A stretch of 64,000 nt of DNA, taken from the NCBI GenBank assembly GCA_051362555.1, contig CM120644.1:21660534-21724533 (forward strand). The letters are read 5' to 3'. The translations under genes were made by a program, and so were the position numbers. The notes under the pieces were generated by a model. It did no database searches and was not told the DNA's origin. It saw nothing but the letters and a program-made list of their open reading frames with translations. Positions 48,350 through 63,058 of this stretch are shown in pieces. The first letter of the stretch is position 1; the number at the start of each line of letters is the position of its first letter. This DNA comes from Lingula anatina. Taxonomy: Eukaryota > Animalia > Brachiopoda.

Positions 48350-49191
48350 TTAAAGATGTATTTGAAGTTGATTTTTCGCCACAAAAGCCATCCAAATGCC
48401 ACCAAATCCAAATAGTGTATCTTAGAGGAATATCAAAATATATCACTTAATATTAACTGAAAAATGATATTTGAAAGTATTTTTCTGCTTGCTTTCTGTG
48501 CTGTAAATCAACGGGGCAGATACCAGTAGACAGGCTAGATAAGTAGGTCAAATTTGCGACACATTTAAAGAAGGTGCAGTTTATAGCTCTTTTTGGCTCA
48601 TCGTGTCATTAGTTCATTAAATAAATTGAATAATTTTTCATCCTTTGGCATGTAAATATTATTTGAATTGTATTAAAAAGCAGTAGAAGTAAAACGCTTT
48701 ATAGGCGTTAATGAGGATTCACGTTCCACAAACGTTCGGTTCAAATGTGCCTTTAAACTGAGTTTGCTTTCTGTTAGCACGTTATTGTATTTAGATTGTC
48801 AACCATCTAGGGACAGAAGGCCAAGCATGGGGAGAACCTCACAGCAATGCCTGCACTAACTTTTCTTGGTCAACGACCAAAATACAACGCTGAGTCAATG
48901 TCACATTATGACGGCGTTTTGATGTGGCTGGATCAACATTGATTTGACGTTGAGTTTAGGTAGTTCAACGGCGATTCAACGTCCCAACCTGTTTTCAACG
49001 TTGATCCAATGTCACTATGCCTGCTGGGTCAATATCGGCATTATAGATGGATAAATAAATACGGAATTTAAATGAACATATATCTTGTTATATATTTTAA
49101 ATGAAACTGGTTTTATTATCTGAAACTAAAATGGATGTAAATATTGCTGTTTGCATAAAAAACAGAAAAGCAGCAAACACATATATAGGCC

Positions 49192-49660
49192 TACCCACAC
49201 TTTATATGTACATCTTCACACATACACACACTTTATATATATCTACACATATACCCACACTTTATATACATCTATACATATACCCACACTTTATATACAT
49301 CTATACATATACCCACACTTTATATACATCTACACATATACCCACACTTTATATACATCTACACATATACCCACACTTTATATACATCTACACATATACA
49401 CACACTTTATATACATCTATACATATACCCACACTTTATATACATCTACACATATACCCACACTTTATATACATCTATACATATACCCACACTTTATATA
49501 CATCTACACATATACCCACACTTTATATACATCTACACATATACACACACTTTATATACATCTATACATATACCCACACTTTATATACATATATACATAT
49601 ACCCACACTTTATATACATCTATACATATACCCACACTTTATATACATCTACACATATAC
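49192..49660. repeat. 29-bp minisatellite, ~16 copies
   Basis: Unit TACCCACACTTTATATACATCTA(C/T)ACATA. Confidence 0.95.
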
Positions 49661-50307
49661 TGAGTACGACAATGAATAGGAAGGCTTATAAAATAAAGGC
49701 GCCATGAATTAATAAATTTTAGTTTTCATTCCGTGTTTGATCGCCCTATTTTTTCCCCCAAGACCCGTGCATGTTGATCAAACGTTGATTTCCTATTAAT
49801 TATTAAAGGAAAGGTCATTGACGTTTTTATTCTATTTTTTTTTTTAATTATGGATATAATTTTATCACAATGCCTGAATTGATACTGAGTCATGATTATT
49901 TCCAACTTGCCAAGTTTCATCCAGATCAGATGATAATTGGCAATATTGTAGAGTTTTAAACAGTCCTTAAGATAGACTTCTGCGAAAGAGGGTTCATGAC
50001 TGAATGGAATGTTAGTCTCATTTCAATTGTTAACAGCTGTTTCCACGTCTATATAAGGGCAGGAACCACCAAATAATTTTCATTTGACGACCATACTATG
50101 AAATATTTATGAAACTGCCTGAACAAATAATTTGGTGAAATATTCCTTATCCCATAACATAACTCCTAAAGACACAAAAATACACTGTTGAAGTACTACT
50201 TTTTTCACCGTCAGTACGTGAACACGTGCAGCCTTCTTGTTTGTAAACAAACCACTCTCTGTCAGTATAGCTCCTTCCGCCAGAGGCCCCACACTGCACG
50301 ACACCTG

Positions 50308-52346
50308 CACTGTGAAAACAGTGTTCAGCTCCTTAACACATTTCTAAGCGCATGTTTTGTCTCATTTTTTCGACGCATTTAGCTCCTTAGCACATTTAGC
50401 TCCTTAACATGCTATAACATGCTACACGCTTTTAGACCAAATGTGTTTAGCAGTATGACGCGTTTGACGCCTAACAAATGTAGGGTGTAGTTGTTAACTT
50501 TTAGGCGTTAAGGGTTTCAACTGTTTTAGTCACACACACACAAAGTCACGGCCACCTTTAACTGCTATAGCTTTATCTATAACAGTGTACCGTGAACTGT
50601 CAACATCGTTGACTTTCCACCATCATATTTACAGCTGGATTGATCCATCCTTGTGTTAGCTAAACTTGCGAGGGAGTTTATTAGAGTGTATTTCTGAAAA
50701 ACAAGATAGGAAAATTCAGTAGTTCAATAAAGATACTAAACAACAGTCATTTTATTTTAAAACACCTTTTTTTCATATTTGGATAAAATGCGTTACGGTA
50801 GTGATGTCTATTTATTTTTTCCGGAAGTAATGAACAATAGAACATCAGAATGATGGTGGGGTATTCATTATAATAGTCAAATTAAACTTTCATCACATGC
50901 TGGTTATTTCAGTACCGATAGTCCGAATATTCTACAATTCGCACCGCTCTAGTCGCCGACTAACCCCAAGCCCATTTTGGAATTAACCGCTAACTGTGGT
51001 TCAAACAGCATAAGACGTGTTTTGGTTATTTATAAAAAAGGTTTTCAAAACATTATATAATGTTTTTCCAGAATGTTATAAAAACGCTGATAAAACTCCA
51101 CAAAATAACGTTATCATTAAATTTTCTACAAATTATAACGTTACTATGCATCATTTTGCATGGAGTTAAAAATACCCATAAATTAATGTTCTTCTATAAT
51201 GTTCTTCTATACCATTACCAGCATGTAACCTGATAATGTCGTAAAAACGTTATTTGTTATTTAGATTATTACTTAAAGGTACATGTGAACCGAGCATCGG
51301 CGGAGCGTGGGTTGCCAGTAACACATATAAACCACTTCTACTAGATTCTTATACGACTCAAATAAAGTCGACATGCCAAAGGACAAACTAAATAAATCAC
51401 TCGATCAGCTATAAAAGAGCTTTAGACTGTTCTTTAAATGTTTGGTCAGAAATTTAACCTACTTATGTGACCTACTTTTCTGCCCCATGTACAGGATATA
51501 TACAGGATAGTAAACTAGCAGAAAAATCCATTCAAATATCATTTTTCGGGTAATATTAAACAATACCTTCTGGCAATTTTCTTAATTATACTGTCTGAAA
51601 CTATATGCTGGCATTTGGTTGGTTTTTGTGGTAAAAAATTGACTTTGTATGCATCTTTAATAGGCCTATTTTAAATAAGCACACGGTACTGCAAGGATGG
51701 ACACAAAGCGTTCGAGCAGGCTGCTCCACGCCTTCAACAGCTCCACACGTTTACAAGGGAAAGTGTTAAGCCAAATTGTAGAGCCTTGTAATAAACTTAT
51801 GGGACCGGTGAAACTAATCACATAGCTAAAAGTGCGACACTTCTAAGCATGTCAAACATTTTTATTTCTTCTGAAAGAAGCTTGAAAAGCTAAACGTGTT
51901 GTTCAGCTACCCTCTACCAGGGCGACAGATTGATTTTTCACAGATATTCACAGATATGTCTCTAGATAAGAAGACAGTCATTTGGTCTGATGTCGCCTTA
52001 GCAAAAAATGTCCACAATAACTGCGGCCCTGGTAGAGGGTATTGTTCAGCAATTTGTTTAGTAATTCCACACCTAGCAGTTCCATATGTTTAGCAGCCTC
52101 ACGCGCTGAATAGGGGAACTGCTTAGCCAATGTCCTTATAGCTTGTGATAGACTTATTATAGATTCATATACCGGTGAAGCTAAACACATAGCTAAACGT
52201 TAACACTGCCAACGTGTCTAGCTTTTTCTTATGTGAAACGCTTGAAAAGCTATATGTGTTTAGCTTTTACACATATTTCTAAATACGTTAAGGTGCCTAA
52301 TACGTGTGTTGTATGTATTAAAATGCTAAACACTGTTTTTACAGTG
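50308..52346. mobile_element. Non-autonomous CACTA/EnSpm-like element, ~2 kb
   Basis: TIRs CACTGTGAAAACAGTGTTCAGC / GCTAAACACTGTTTTTACAGTG, 2-bp TSD TG, and many TTAGC/GCTAA subterminal motifs. Confidence 0.8.
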
Positions 52347-53085
52347 TGTGCCTGGTCCTGAAAAAGAAATAGGTAGCATATGTAGCTTACACCCTGAACT
52401 GCTAGTTGACACCAAAACTTAATTACTCTAGCAACAAACAAGAAATATCAGGAAAAAATTGGAAAAATCACTAACTTATCTCACAGCATTACACTCGTAT
52501 AACAGTCCGCGACTGGTCCATTTGGTGGATTCTGACCTTTACTAAGCTGTTGGTGCAACAAAAGAATTTTTTAATTTCCTAGTGTAATTTTTAAGTTAAA
52601 AGACGAGAATGACTACCCGCCCAAACAACGTAGATTTATAACAATGAACTGATGTCAGAGTGTATAAAAGTTCATGAACCACCAGTCAGCATCACAGCTG
52701 GTTTCATAAATAATTGTACAGGTAAAGTCTCAAATCTCCACCACTATCGCTTATTCAATGTATTGCACAATAAAGGTACAATTAAACTACAGGTGGATCA
52801 TTGATAGATCATTATATTATATTTTTGTTTCTCAAAACATCATTTTAGATACAGGTGCTAGCTAGTAAGCCACAGTTAAATTGTTAACCACTGTCATCAA
52901 ATTGTTTCCACATCTGTAAGTCATCTGTTAGTGCAACAAAAGAATGTGTTTTTATAACCTCATGTTATTTAAGCCAATGGATGACTACAAGCCCTAACAC
53001 CGTAGATTTATTTGAATTAACTGATATCAGAGTGTTTCAAAGTAGATAAGCCACCTGTAAGCATCACAACTGGACTCAGAAATAA

Positions 53086-53185
53086 CCCAGCAGGCATAGT
53101 GACGTTGGATCAACATTGAAAACGGGTTGATACGTTGAACTACCGTTGATCTACCTAAATTCATATATATAGTTATAGTTATTTT

Positions 53186-53262
<77 letters not shown>

Positions 53263-53652
53263 CCTTGGAAAACCTAACTTAAAGGCCATACATACATGTA
53301 TATACCCTTCATATTTAGCCATCAAACATGTCCTACTGCTAAACACATCCAGGCCAAAAGGGTGTACCTTGCTTAGGAGCTAAATGCGTTGAAAAAATCA
53401 GACAAAGCAGGCACTTGGATGTTTTTACAGTGTACATTGTGTACATTGTGTAATTGTGTACCTGTGTTTTGTACCAAAAATAAAAACATTTCAGGGCATT
53501 TTCATGCAAGAATGTTGTCTAACAACTGGGGTTGATACAATGTTGTTATCTGACATTGATCCAACTTTCAAAACCAACGTTTATCCAACATCTTATCAAC
53601 GTTATGGTTCAACTTTGTTTCAACGTTAAAACAACATAATTTGCCCGCTGGG
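53086..53652. mobile_element. EnSpm-like MITE (CCCAGC..GCTGGG) with internal (TA)n
   Basis: Ends CCCAGCAGGCA / TGCCCGCTGGG, AA TSD and CAACGTTG-type subterminal repeats. An inverted copy of its left end lies at ~48950-49028. Confidence 0.7.
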
Positions 53653-54169
53653 AATTGTCTACATAAAGGCTCAATTATACAGCACTGTCTCTTATTCCTT
53701 TGACTTAATGTAAATAGTACATTTAAACTACTGGTGGTTTAGTTAATATTTGACAGATCATTTATATTTTAAGCATCAGTTACGCAAAACATCTAATTAG
53801 ACCCATAGATTTTGTTGCAAGCATCATTATTTCATAAATTCAAGCTGTATCATTGCAGATTAAAAATTCATCCCTACATGTGCAAAAGAATGATCACACG
53901 CCATTACATTACATTACATTGCATACTTCCTGTGGATTTTAATGGGTTTATAATTATGGTCCCTGTAAATGAATGGGTTCTTTTCATTACAGATTGTGTT
54001 TAATACAAAAACGTACATAATTTTTCACGTTACACTCAATTTCGAATTTTTACACAAATTTCTTTACTGCGCCTAGTATTCAGTTATTCATATCAATAGA
54101 GGGAGTGCTCCTCACGTGCACGATAACGGACAGGCAGCAGGACACTCTGGCTTATAGTGCCACCAGTCT

Positions 54170-54290
54170 TTGCTTTGGGATTCATAGCAGGGCTTTTGGT
54201 GGGTTGGATTATGAGTAGAATGTTGTTGTCGTTTATAAAATCTCTTACCAAGCGATTTGGGGTAGCATTATCATGCTGCAAGCGAAAGTT
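54170..54290 (-). mobile_element. Tc1-like DD34E transposase fragment
   Basis: QHDNATPNRLVRDFINDNNILLIIQPTKSPAMNP resembles QHDNARPH...WPAKSPDLNP. Confidence 0.75.
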
Positions 54291-55529
54291 ACCCTAGAAT
54301 ATTGCACGTGCATCTAATGATTTTGTGAGATATTTCTGTACGCCACAGCTTTAAAGTTTTCTTCCAGAAGAACCGATTGGCTGGCCCCAATGGAACAAAA
54401 ACACCACAAACATGGACAGAACCGCCCCCTGCAGCCTTATTTCTTGTACATTTTGTAAGCTATTTTGTCAGCACACCGTTTTTGTAATGTTTCGTTTATC
54501 TTTTTCACTGCTAAACGTTGAGGAAAACAAACATTTTTGACCATAATCGGCCCATATTATTTCGCCAGCTTTGGTCTAGATCAGTGATTCATTGTTATCC
54601 TTTCACATAACGGATTGATGAAATGGACAGATTCGCTTTGAATTCGAACCCGATCGAGATACTCAGATAGGTTGACTTGTTTAATGTAGTTGTTCTTTTT
54701 TAAATAATTCATTTAAAGTCTAAAATCCATCTTTGTTCAATTGATTTTTCAATTGGAAGATAAAATATACGATTTAAGTTAAAGTAAAACAATTAAACAA
54801 AAATTAAGTGAAAACACCGCCAATTCCACAGGTATATATCAGGGGTTTAGTCACATGGCATTTTAAGGTCACGCATTGAAAATCGCAAAAGAAACCAAAA
54901 CAAAACTGCATTACTTCAAATACAATAATCTAAAATGCTGTTATTCACACTTGCCCTGCGTTTAAAAGGATGTCAGTTTTTCACTCTGGTGGGAAAAGTG
55001 CCATAAAACGGATTTTCCTGGTGTTATCGGCAATTTCATCATATTTTACAATTGTCAACGGATATTCAGAATTAGTGGATTGGTCTTTTCAAGTGTTGTG
55101 TCATAAGAGGTTATTACGGAAGGTAGCCTTCTATGAAGGTCCACGCAGTCATTGACTGAGTTTCGTTCAATGATTATCTTTATTTCTTTGCAAAACATTT
55201 TAAGATGTGTTCACTAATCATTTAACAGGATTCTCACTGGTTTGAAAAGCTTAATTTATCTAATTCAATGAAGAAGATTCAAAGTAAAACAATGAGAAAG
55301 TTAATATTGATGGCATGGAATGTATTGTAGATTCCATTTAATATATAGATATCAGGCCACAAATATGTAATTTTGTATAACACAAATGAACCATTTACTG
55401 TCCCGCATGGAAAGTAAAAATAGTAATCATGAAATAATTTAATAATCGTATGATGAAATGGCTGTGGTGCATTTCCTTCATCAGGTAGTTGGCTTTTCGA
55501 TCAAAACATTAGGAAGACGACTTCCCAAG

Positions 55530-57866
55530 ATGAGGTGGAGTTTGCGCCGTCGTGTGGTCCTGGGTTTCCTTTGCTTTGGTTTTTGTCTTTTTGTCGTCTC
55601 ATTCAATGTGAGAGGTAAGACCCCCTTTCGCGGCGGCTCTCTCTCTCTCCTACTTGTACAAAAAATCAAATATTGTCTTGTCCATACTAATAATTAACAT
55701 TCCGAGGAATATGTTAAGGCAACAATTTGATCACTTTTCATTAGCTAGGGCGGAAAATGTAACAATCAGCCCTGTACGGTCTGAAACATAAAATTTTATA
55801 TTTTAAGCGACACTTAATGAATTCTAGGGCGTCTTCCACGCAATACTTATCACCGTAAGGTTGAGAAAAGGGTAGACCAGCTCGAGGCGACGACGATACC
55901 TATAGAAGACATAATGGCAATGATGGGAAATGGACAGAGTGAAAATGACCAGGTAAGAAATCAGTGTAAAAATACCTATGCACCAAAGTTGACAATTTTT
56001 GTACATTGTGAACATTATACAATTAGTAGATTAGTGGGAAAAAGTCTTTTATATGTATTAAAACTGTGAAATCAAATATTTCAAGTTCAACTATAACTGA
56101 AAATCTCTCTTGCAAATATTGATAAACAAAAATAAAAGATAAACATGTAAAATAATTTTCAATATTAATACAATGTACAAGCGATATCTATAGTAACGAT
56201 AACTAAGGCAGCATTAGGGCAAGTGCAGGCTCGAGAAGAAAATGTTTTGCTAGGGGCGGGGCCCGCGGGAAACATTTTCTTTAAGGAGCTTAATTTGGCC
56301 ACATTTCCCAAAAAAATAAACACATCTTGTTATAGCATTGACAATTAGCTGTTATCATACCAAGGGTATGGGGTATGTGGCACACATACTTATTCACCAA
56401 CCGTTTTGACCAACGTAACGTGATGTTGTCCTTTACAAATTTCAATTAATTCCCATTCCCATTTTCCTGGAGTGGAATTTTTAGTACAATATTTTTTTTT
56501 GTTAAAAGTATAAAAGAAATGACACAAATCTCTGTGAGTGATTTCACTTTCCTTCACCCACCCATCAGAGGGTGCATGGAATTTCGATTCCAAGTCAACG
56601 TCATTTATGGAAACTAGTACGTGAAACCCAGTAACAATCATACATGTAGGTGTCCGCGCACACACGTGTGTGTGATTGTGAGTGTGTGTGCGTGTGCGTG
56701 TGTGTGTGTGTGTATGTGTGAGAGAGAGATAGACGGAGAGAAAGAACATTACTGCATTAAGATTCAGTGTCTCCAAAATATACCTGTGGTCAAACCAAGT
56801 TTAAAAACTACGGTTGATCTAAATTATGTCAAGATAAACATCTCGTATTATGGACAAAGTGTGCCAGCGTAAGGAGCACCAAGATGTCAAATAATGCAGA
56901 GCCTCTTATTACTTTCAGCAGAGCGGATTGGATGATGACGTAATTCCCGAAGAATGGCGCGAGGAAATACGAAGGAGAAAGAAACTTGTGTCCGAGGCAT
57001 GCGAGAAGTATAAATCTGTAAAAATACCTTTGACAAAAGAGTGGATTAAAGAAAACGGCGACCATCTCATCGTAGAAGACCAGTATAAAATCATATATTG
57101 CCGCGTACCTAAATCTGGGAACACAAGTTGGAAGCGCTTATTGCTAGCACTGTCTGGCATTATAAACGATACTTCTGTAGCTCATGGCAAAAACGGATTT
57201 AATCCACGTGATTCGGTTGAAAAATATTTGCATACGTTGGATATGCTGTCGTTTTCGGAAGCAAAACAAAAACTTGAGACCCACTTGAAAGTTATGTATC
57301 TTAGGCACCCCTTAGAACGATTACTTTCTGCATATCGTAATAAGTTGGAAAGAAATCCTTTAATGCATGCCGATGTCTCTTCGCAAGTGGTTCCCTATGT
57401 TATGAAACACTATCGCGGTGTAGAACCCATTCTTCCTGTCAGTGTGAGCCAACGCCGTGGACGGATATCTGGTGTCTTTCCATCTGGAAAAGAGTTCAGT
57501 TTTCCAAAAGACGAACCACCAAGTTGGGTACCAAAAATAACATTTGAAGAATTCCTTCGTTATGTTGGTGACAATCAAAACTTTCTTAATGGTCATTGGG
57601 CGCCTCCAAACGATTTATGTCACCCATGCGTCATTCAATATGACGTCATAGGGTATTTTGGGACAATAAGCGAGGATGCTAACAATATCTTGAAACTAGT
57701 GCATGCATACCCAGCATTCAAATTTCCAAATATGTTCCTTAATCCAGAAACAACGTCTAATTTGGTGAATAGATATTATTCAACAGTATCAAAATCGACG
57801 TTGCAGAAAATTCGTCCAATTTACGCACTTGATGCAGCAATGTCAGCAGCTAATTTACGTATTTAG
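55530..57866 (+). CDS. Carbohydrate sulfotransferase (CHST11/HNK-1ST-like), copy 2, ~385 aa
   Basis: Exons 55530-55614, 55828-55952 and 56919-57866, with the same lengths, phases and PAPS-binding motifs as copy 1. Confidence 0.93.
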
Positions 57867-60800
57867 TTAAAGATGAATAAGACGTTTTTTGCCACAAAAG
57901 CCAACCAAATGCCACTACATCCAAATAGTGTAATTGGGAGGATTTTTTTGCTTGCTTTCTGCGCTGTATATAAATGGGGCAGATAAATAGGCTAGATAAG
58001 TAGGTCAAATTTACGAAAAATTTATTGAAGATGCAGTTAATAGGTCTTTTGTGGCTAGTCGTTTCATTACCTTTGTAGATCATAGTCGCTTGCCGCGCCC
58101 TTTTTCACTCCCTCTTTTGTATCTGACCTTTAAACTGAGTTTGCGTTCTGTTAGCACTTTATTGAAATTAGATTAGCAACCATCCAGGGACAAAGGGCCA
58201 AGCATAGGTAGAACTTCAGAGCTATGCCTGCACTAACGACTGCTATGCCCATATTGATGGCGATGACAATTTTCCGGTAATTTGGCGTCCTTAATAAGGT
58301 GGGAGCAACAAAGTGGCGGGACTTATGAGGCTTCGGGAGTTGGGTACGACTTTGGCCTCAATATCGGCATTATTAATGGATAAATACATGTAAATACGGA
58401 ATTCAACTGGAAATAATTGTCCAGATAAAGGCTCAAATTTCCAGTACTGTCTCTTATTCCTTTGATTTCATGCAAAAGGTAGACTAAAACTAATGGTGGT
58501 TAAGTTAATTATTTGATAGATCATTTATATTTTTAACACCTGTTACTCAAAACATATAATTAAATCCATAGATTTTGTTCCTAGCATCATATTTTCTTAA
58601 ATGCACAGTAGCTGTATCATTGCAGATCGAAAATGTTTAATCCATTCGCTGTTATATTTAGAAAAAATAATCATTGACCATTACCATCTCATATTGGTCT
58701 TCACTCTTGGGTCTAGAACGTCAACATTTGCTCATCGTGTTTGTTGAGGTTCATTGTTATCCTCTCACATAACGGATTGATGAAATGGACAGATTCGCTC
58801 TGAATACGAACCCGATCGAGATACTTATATAGGTTGCCTTGTCTGATGTAGTTCTTCTTTTCTTCTTTATTTAAAGCCTTATGTTCAACTTTTCAATATG
58901 AAGATAAAATATACGATTAAAGCTAAAGTAAAGGAAAATGATTAAACAAAAAGATCTTAATTAAGTGTAAACACCGCTAATTATATACAGTATATCAGGT
59001 AACGTGGAGAGTAAGAAAATGTAACTAGTACAGGGCTTTAGTCACATAGCATTTCAAGGTAACTCTTTGAAAATACCAATATGAAAAATATGAAAATTTC
59101 ACTAAGAAACCAAAACAAATCTGCATTACTTCAAGAATAATAATCCACTAAAACTGTTATATATATACAACTGATATGCTAATATTATGCACCGGCATTG
59201 CATGCAAAAGTATATCAAGACCATAAATATTTAAAGCTTGCGTTTCTTTCTTTGGCTTGTATACCTAGACGTAATGGCAAGATCGTCTGCAGCGTGATGC
59301 ATCCCTCCAATTGGTCAACCAGCATACACTATCTATATTTTATTCTGCTCTAGAAAAATAGAAATCACTTGCAATTGTTTGACTCCTCCTCTGCTTGTTA
59401 AAATCTAAACGCCACCTGGCTGTCACTTTAAGTTTATTATATTTTGTTATACGCCCTTTGAGACTGAGAGGAAACTCTGAATTCTACATGTCGTCCCCCC
59501 TTAGTATGAGGAAGAACAACTCTTCATTTTGGCGGGAAAAGTGACATAAAAAGATTTTCCTGGGGTAACCAACGATGTTCTCATATTAACCGATGGTAAA
59601 TGAATCCGTTTTGACATTCAAAGTTAGTTGATTGTTTTTGAAAATGTCCTTTTTGTAGAAGTCTCTTAAGACGTCATTATCGAGGGTAGCCTTGTATGTC
59701 GGTCCACGTGGTCTGATGGCTAGCATAGATTTCAGAATAAATGCGATAGCCGACGTTTTTAATGGAAAAATGGAATTTGTTATATTTCTATGTGTTGTTT
59801 GCAATGTATTTCATGTGTAATTTTGAATCTCACGTGAATTATCTCTTTAAGTGCCATAAATCTACTGTTTTCCATATATTGCGTTATCGGTGAAAAGTGC
59901 ACAGCGACGACGACGCAGCTGCCGACAGATGCATGTGATGAGTATAAACAGACACACTGTTTCTGCACATACAAAGCAACATGGGCATAAACTAAAAGGT
60001 TTAAGATAATTCGTCCTTTTGTGGGTAACCAGTGATGTTTCAAATAGGTACGATGTGACTGTCACCACGTGCGCGGGTTAGGATCAGCACGAGCAGAGAT
60101 ATCTGGAATGCGCTGTAGACGTTGGAAGTTTTACTTGCAGACATCAGTACAGAAGAGAATTACAGTGATCAAATTGAGGTTATTTTATATCTAGACGTAA
60201 AGGCAAGTCCGTCTGCAGCATGATGCATCGTTCTAATTAACCAGCGAGCATACATACAGGTACATACATTTTATTCTGCTCTATAAATGAATAGACGTCA
60301 CCTAGCGGTCACTTTAAAGCAACATGGAACTCAGAGTAGTGAAAGAACCGCAGATGTTCTTACCTGTACAGGAAAAATCTACCAGTTCAGTTTTTGAAAA
60401 AAATTGGTTTCTAGCGATTCGTACACAAATGCTTGTTTATGCACCTGGTATCTGGAAATAGTGCTACATTTCCTGCTACCTAATTTGAGTATATTGTACT
60501 TGGTTATACGCCCCCTCAGACTGAGCGGAGATTCTGCATGAATTTTACATGTCATCCCCCCCTTAGTATGAGGGAGAACGACTCTTATTTGGGCGGTAAT
60601 CTCTTAAGAGGTTCTATGAAGGTCCACATCGTCCGATGGCAAGCACATATTTCAGAATAATTGCGATAACCGCCGATTTGATGGTAAAATGGAATTTATT
60701 ATATTTCTGTGTGTTGTTTACAATGTATTTAGTATGGAATTTTGAATCTCATTTGAAGTGCTGTACGAACTTTATCCCTCTAATATCTACGATGTGTATG

Positions 60801-61047
60801 ATGCGTCAGAATGGAATGCCCTCTGAATTCCATTTAATATACAGATATCGGGTCACATAGTTGTACTTTCTGTTCCATTAATGAGCTCATTAGTGTTCCA
60901 CATGGAAAGTGTACATTTGTACATCAATATATCATGAAGTGATGTTACGGTACCTGTATCGTGTGGACTGAAATGACCATAGTTAATTTCGTTCTTGGGT
61001 GAGTTGAGTTCGATCCACACATTAGAACACAACAACAACTTCCCAAG

Positions 61048-62452
61048 ATGAGGTGGTTCTTGCTTCGTCGTGCGATACTGGGTTTTCTTTGCTTTAGTTT
61101 TTGCCTTTTTGTCATCTCATTCAGCGTGAGAGGTAAGACCCTCGTCTCTCTTTCCCTCTTTCTCTCAAATATTATCTATAGGGACGATTATTCGAGTAAA
61201 AATGTCAAGGGGGTAATCTAAACTCTTTTCAATAGCTAAGGCGGAAAATATAACCATAAGACATTTATGGTCTGAAATATTCAATTTTATATTTTAATCG
61301 ACATTTAATAAATTCTAGGGCGTGTTACGCTTGATACTAGACACCTTAAGTTTGAGGAAAAGGTAGATCAGCTCGAGGCGACTACGATACCTATACAAGA
61401 TATAATGGCAATGATGGGAAATGGACATAGTGAAAATGACCAGGTAAGAAATCAGTGTAAAAAATACCTATGCACCAAAGTGGACAATTTTGTACATTGT
61501 GACCATTACACAATTAGTAGATTACTGTGAAAAAGGTCTATTGTATGTATTAAAGCTGTAAAATCAAATATCTCAAGTTCAACTGTAATTGAAAATCTCT
61601 CTTGCAAATATTGATAAACAAAAATAAAAGATAAACATGTAAAATGAATTTCGATATTAATACAATGTACAAGCAATATCAGTAGAAACGATAACTAAGA
61701 CAGCAATAAGGGCAATTGGACACTTAGAATAAAATCGGAGTCTAAGTAACTCCAAACTTGGAGTCCACCAGTGGTGCCTAAAATAACTCCCAATTGGGGT
61801 CAAGTTGACTCTGATGGAGTAACGCCATTCCAGACCCCACAGGAGGGTCACAATTGACTGCATTCACACATCCCTTCATCCCTTGATTTATCTCTACAAA
61901 AGAGTCACCATGACCCCATACTAAGGAATTTTTGACTCCTTGGCCCATTGTAAAACGAAACAGAAACAACAATGCCAAGCGGGGAGACAGCAGGTACCGG
62001 TTTTCAAAGACCGACGTGTCCCGGCGGAGATTTGAACCCACGTCCTCCTGATTCGGAGGTGGGGACTCTAACCACTAGACCATCCGATTGCATATGACAT
62101 AGGAAAAGCAATAACGAACAGTTTGTAAATCTGGTAATAAACAGCATGACACACACACACACACACACATATTCCCAGCCCGAGAGCAACTGAGCTGCCG
62201 CTAGGGGGAATTTAGACACACCGGAAGTTATAATATTTTGAATCGAGTAAAATTCTGAAGATTTACAAGGTGTCAGAAACGGTGGAATATCTGGACTATT
62301 AAGCCAATGAAAGTACTATTATGCATTTTCTCATTTAAAAAAAATAAATTTCAATTTCGATGGGATGCATTTTGAGTTGATCTAGGTCCGATTTTGTGTA
62401 AAAAAATGAGTTTGAAATCGAAATTCTGTGAAAGCAATTACATTATATATAC

Positions 62453-62488
<36 letters not shown>

Positions 62489-63009
62489 CTGTACAGATCT
62501 ACTGGAACCATTTTCAGTGGTTAAACTACATTGTGATGATACAATAACAATTGGCATAAGCAACAGCATAGGTCAAAAATATCCTTAATTAATTGCATAT
62601 GCCAGAGGTTGTGTCATGGTGCTCTACATGAATGTTGCAAAGCATTTGGAATTGATGGGTGCTACTGTCATCAGGGTTGCAGGTTCCATTCATGTGGTCT
62701 TCATTTAAGCCTAGTAGAAATAAAAAAATCAATAGCATATAATATTCCAACTATGAAAATATTCTTTATCTAATGATAAAAATAACATACCGGGAAAATT
62801 TACACACACATGCACACAAGAACTGAAATAAATACAATAATAGTAATTTCTGACAATTTAGTCTTTAAGCCACTGTATTGAACATTCTCAATCAACGACA
62901 GTATAAAAAATGGAAGGGTAAAAAAATCTTATATGTACCCCCGTATTTAGGTTATTATAGACTACCCCCACCCCCCGCACACACTCGAGAGCGCATACAC
63001 ACCCGGTAC

Positions 63010-63058
<49 letters not shown>

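Noticed and set aside
49101-49679. 192-aa and 170-aa His/Tyr/Thr-rich ORFs
   Set aside because: Products of the stop-free 29-bp minisatellite.
58777-58846. Box C/D snoRNA-like TGATGA...CTGA
   Set aside because: The paralogous segment at ~54615-54685 lacks both CTGA boxes, and I saw no terminal stem or rRNA guide.
62010-62088. tRNA gene
   Set aside because: Has A and B boxes but no proper acceptor stem and continues into a SINE core; called as a SINE.
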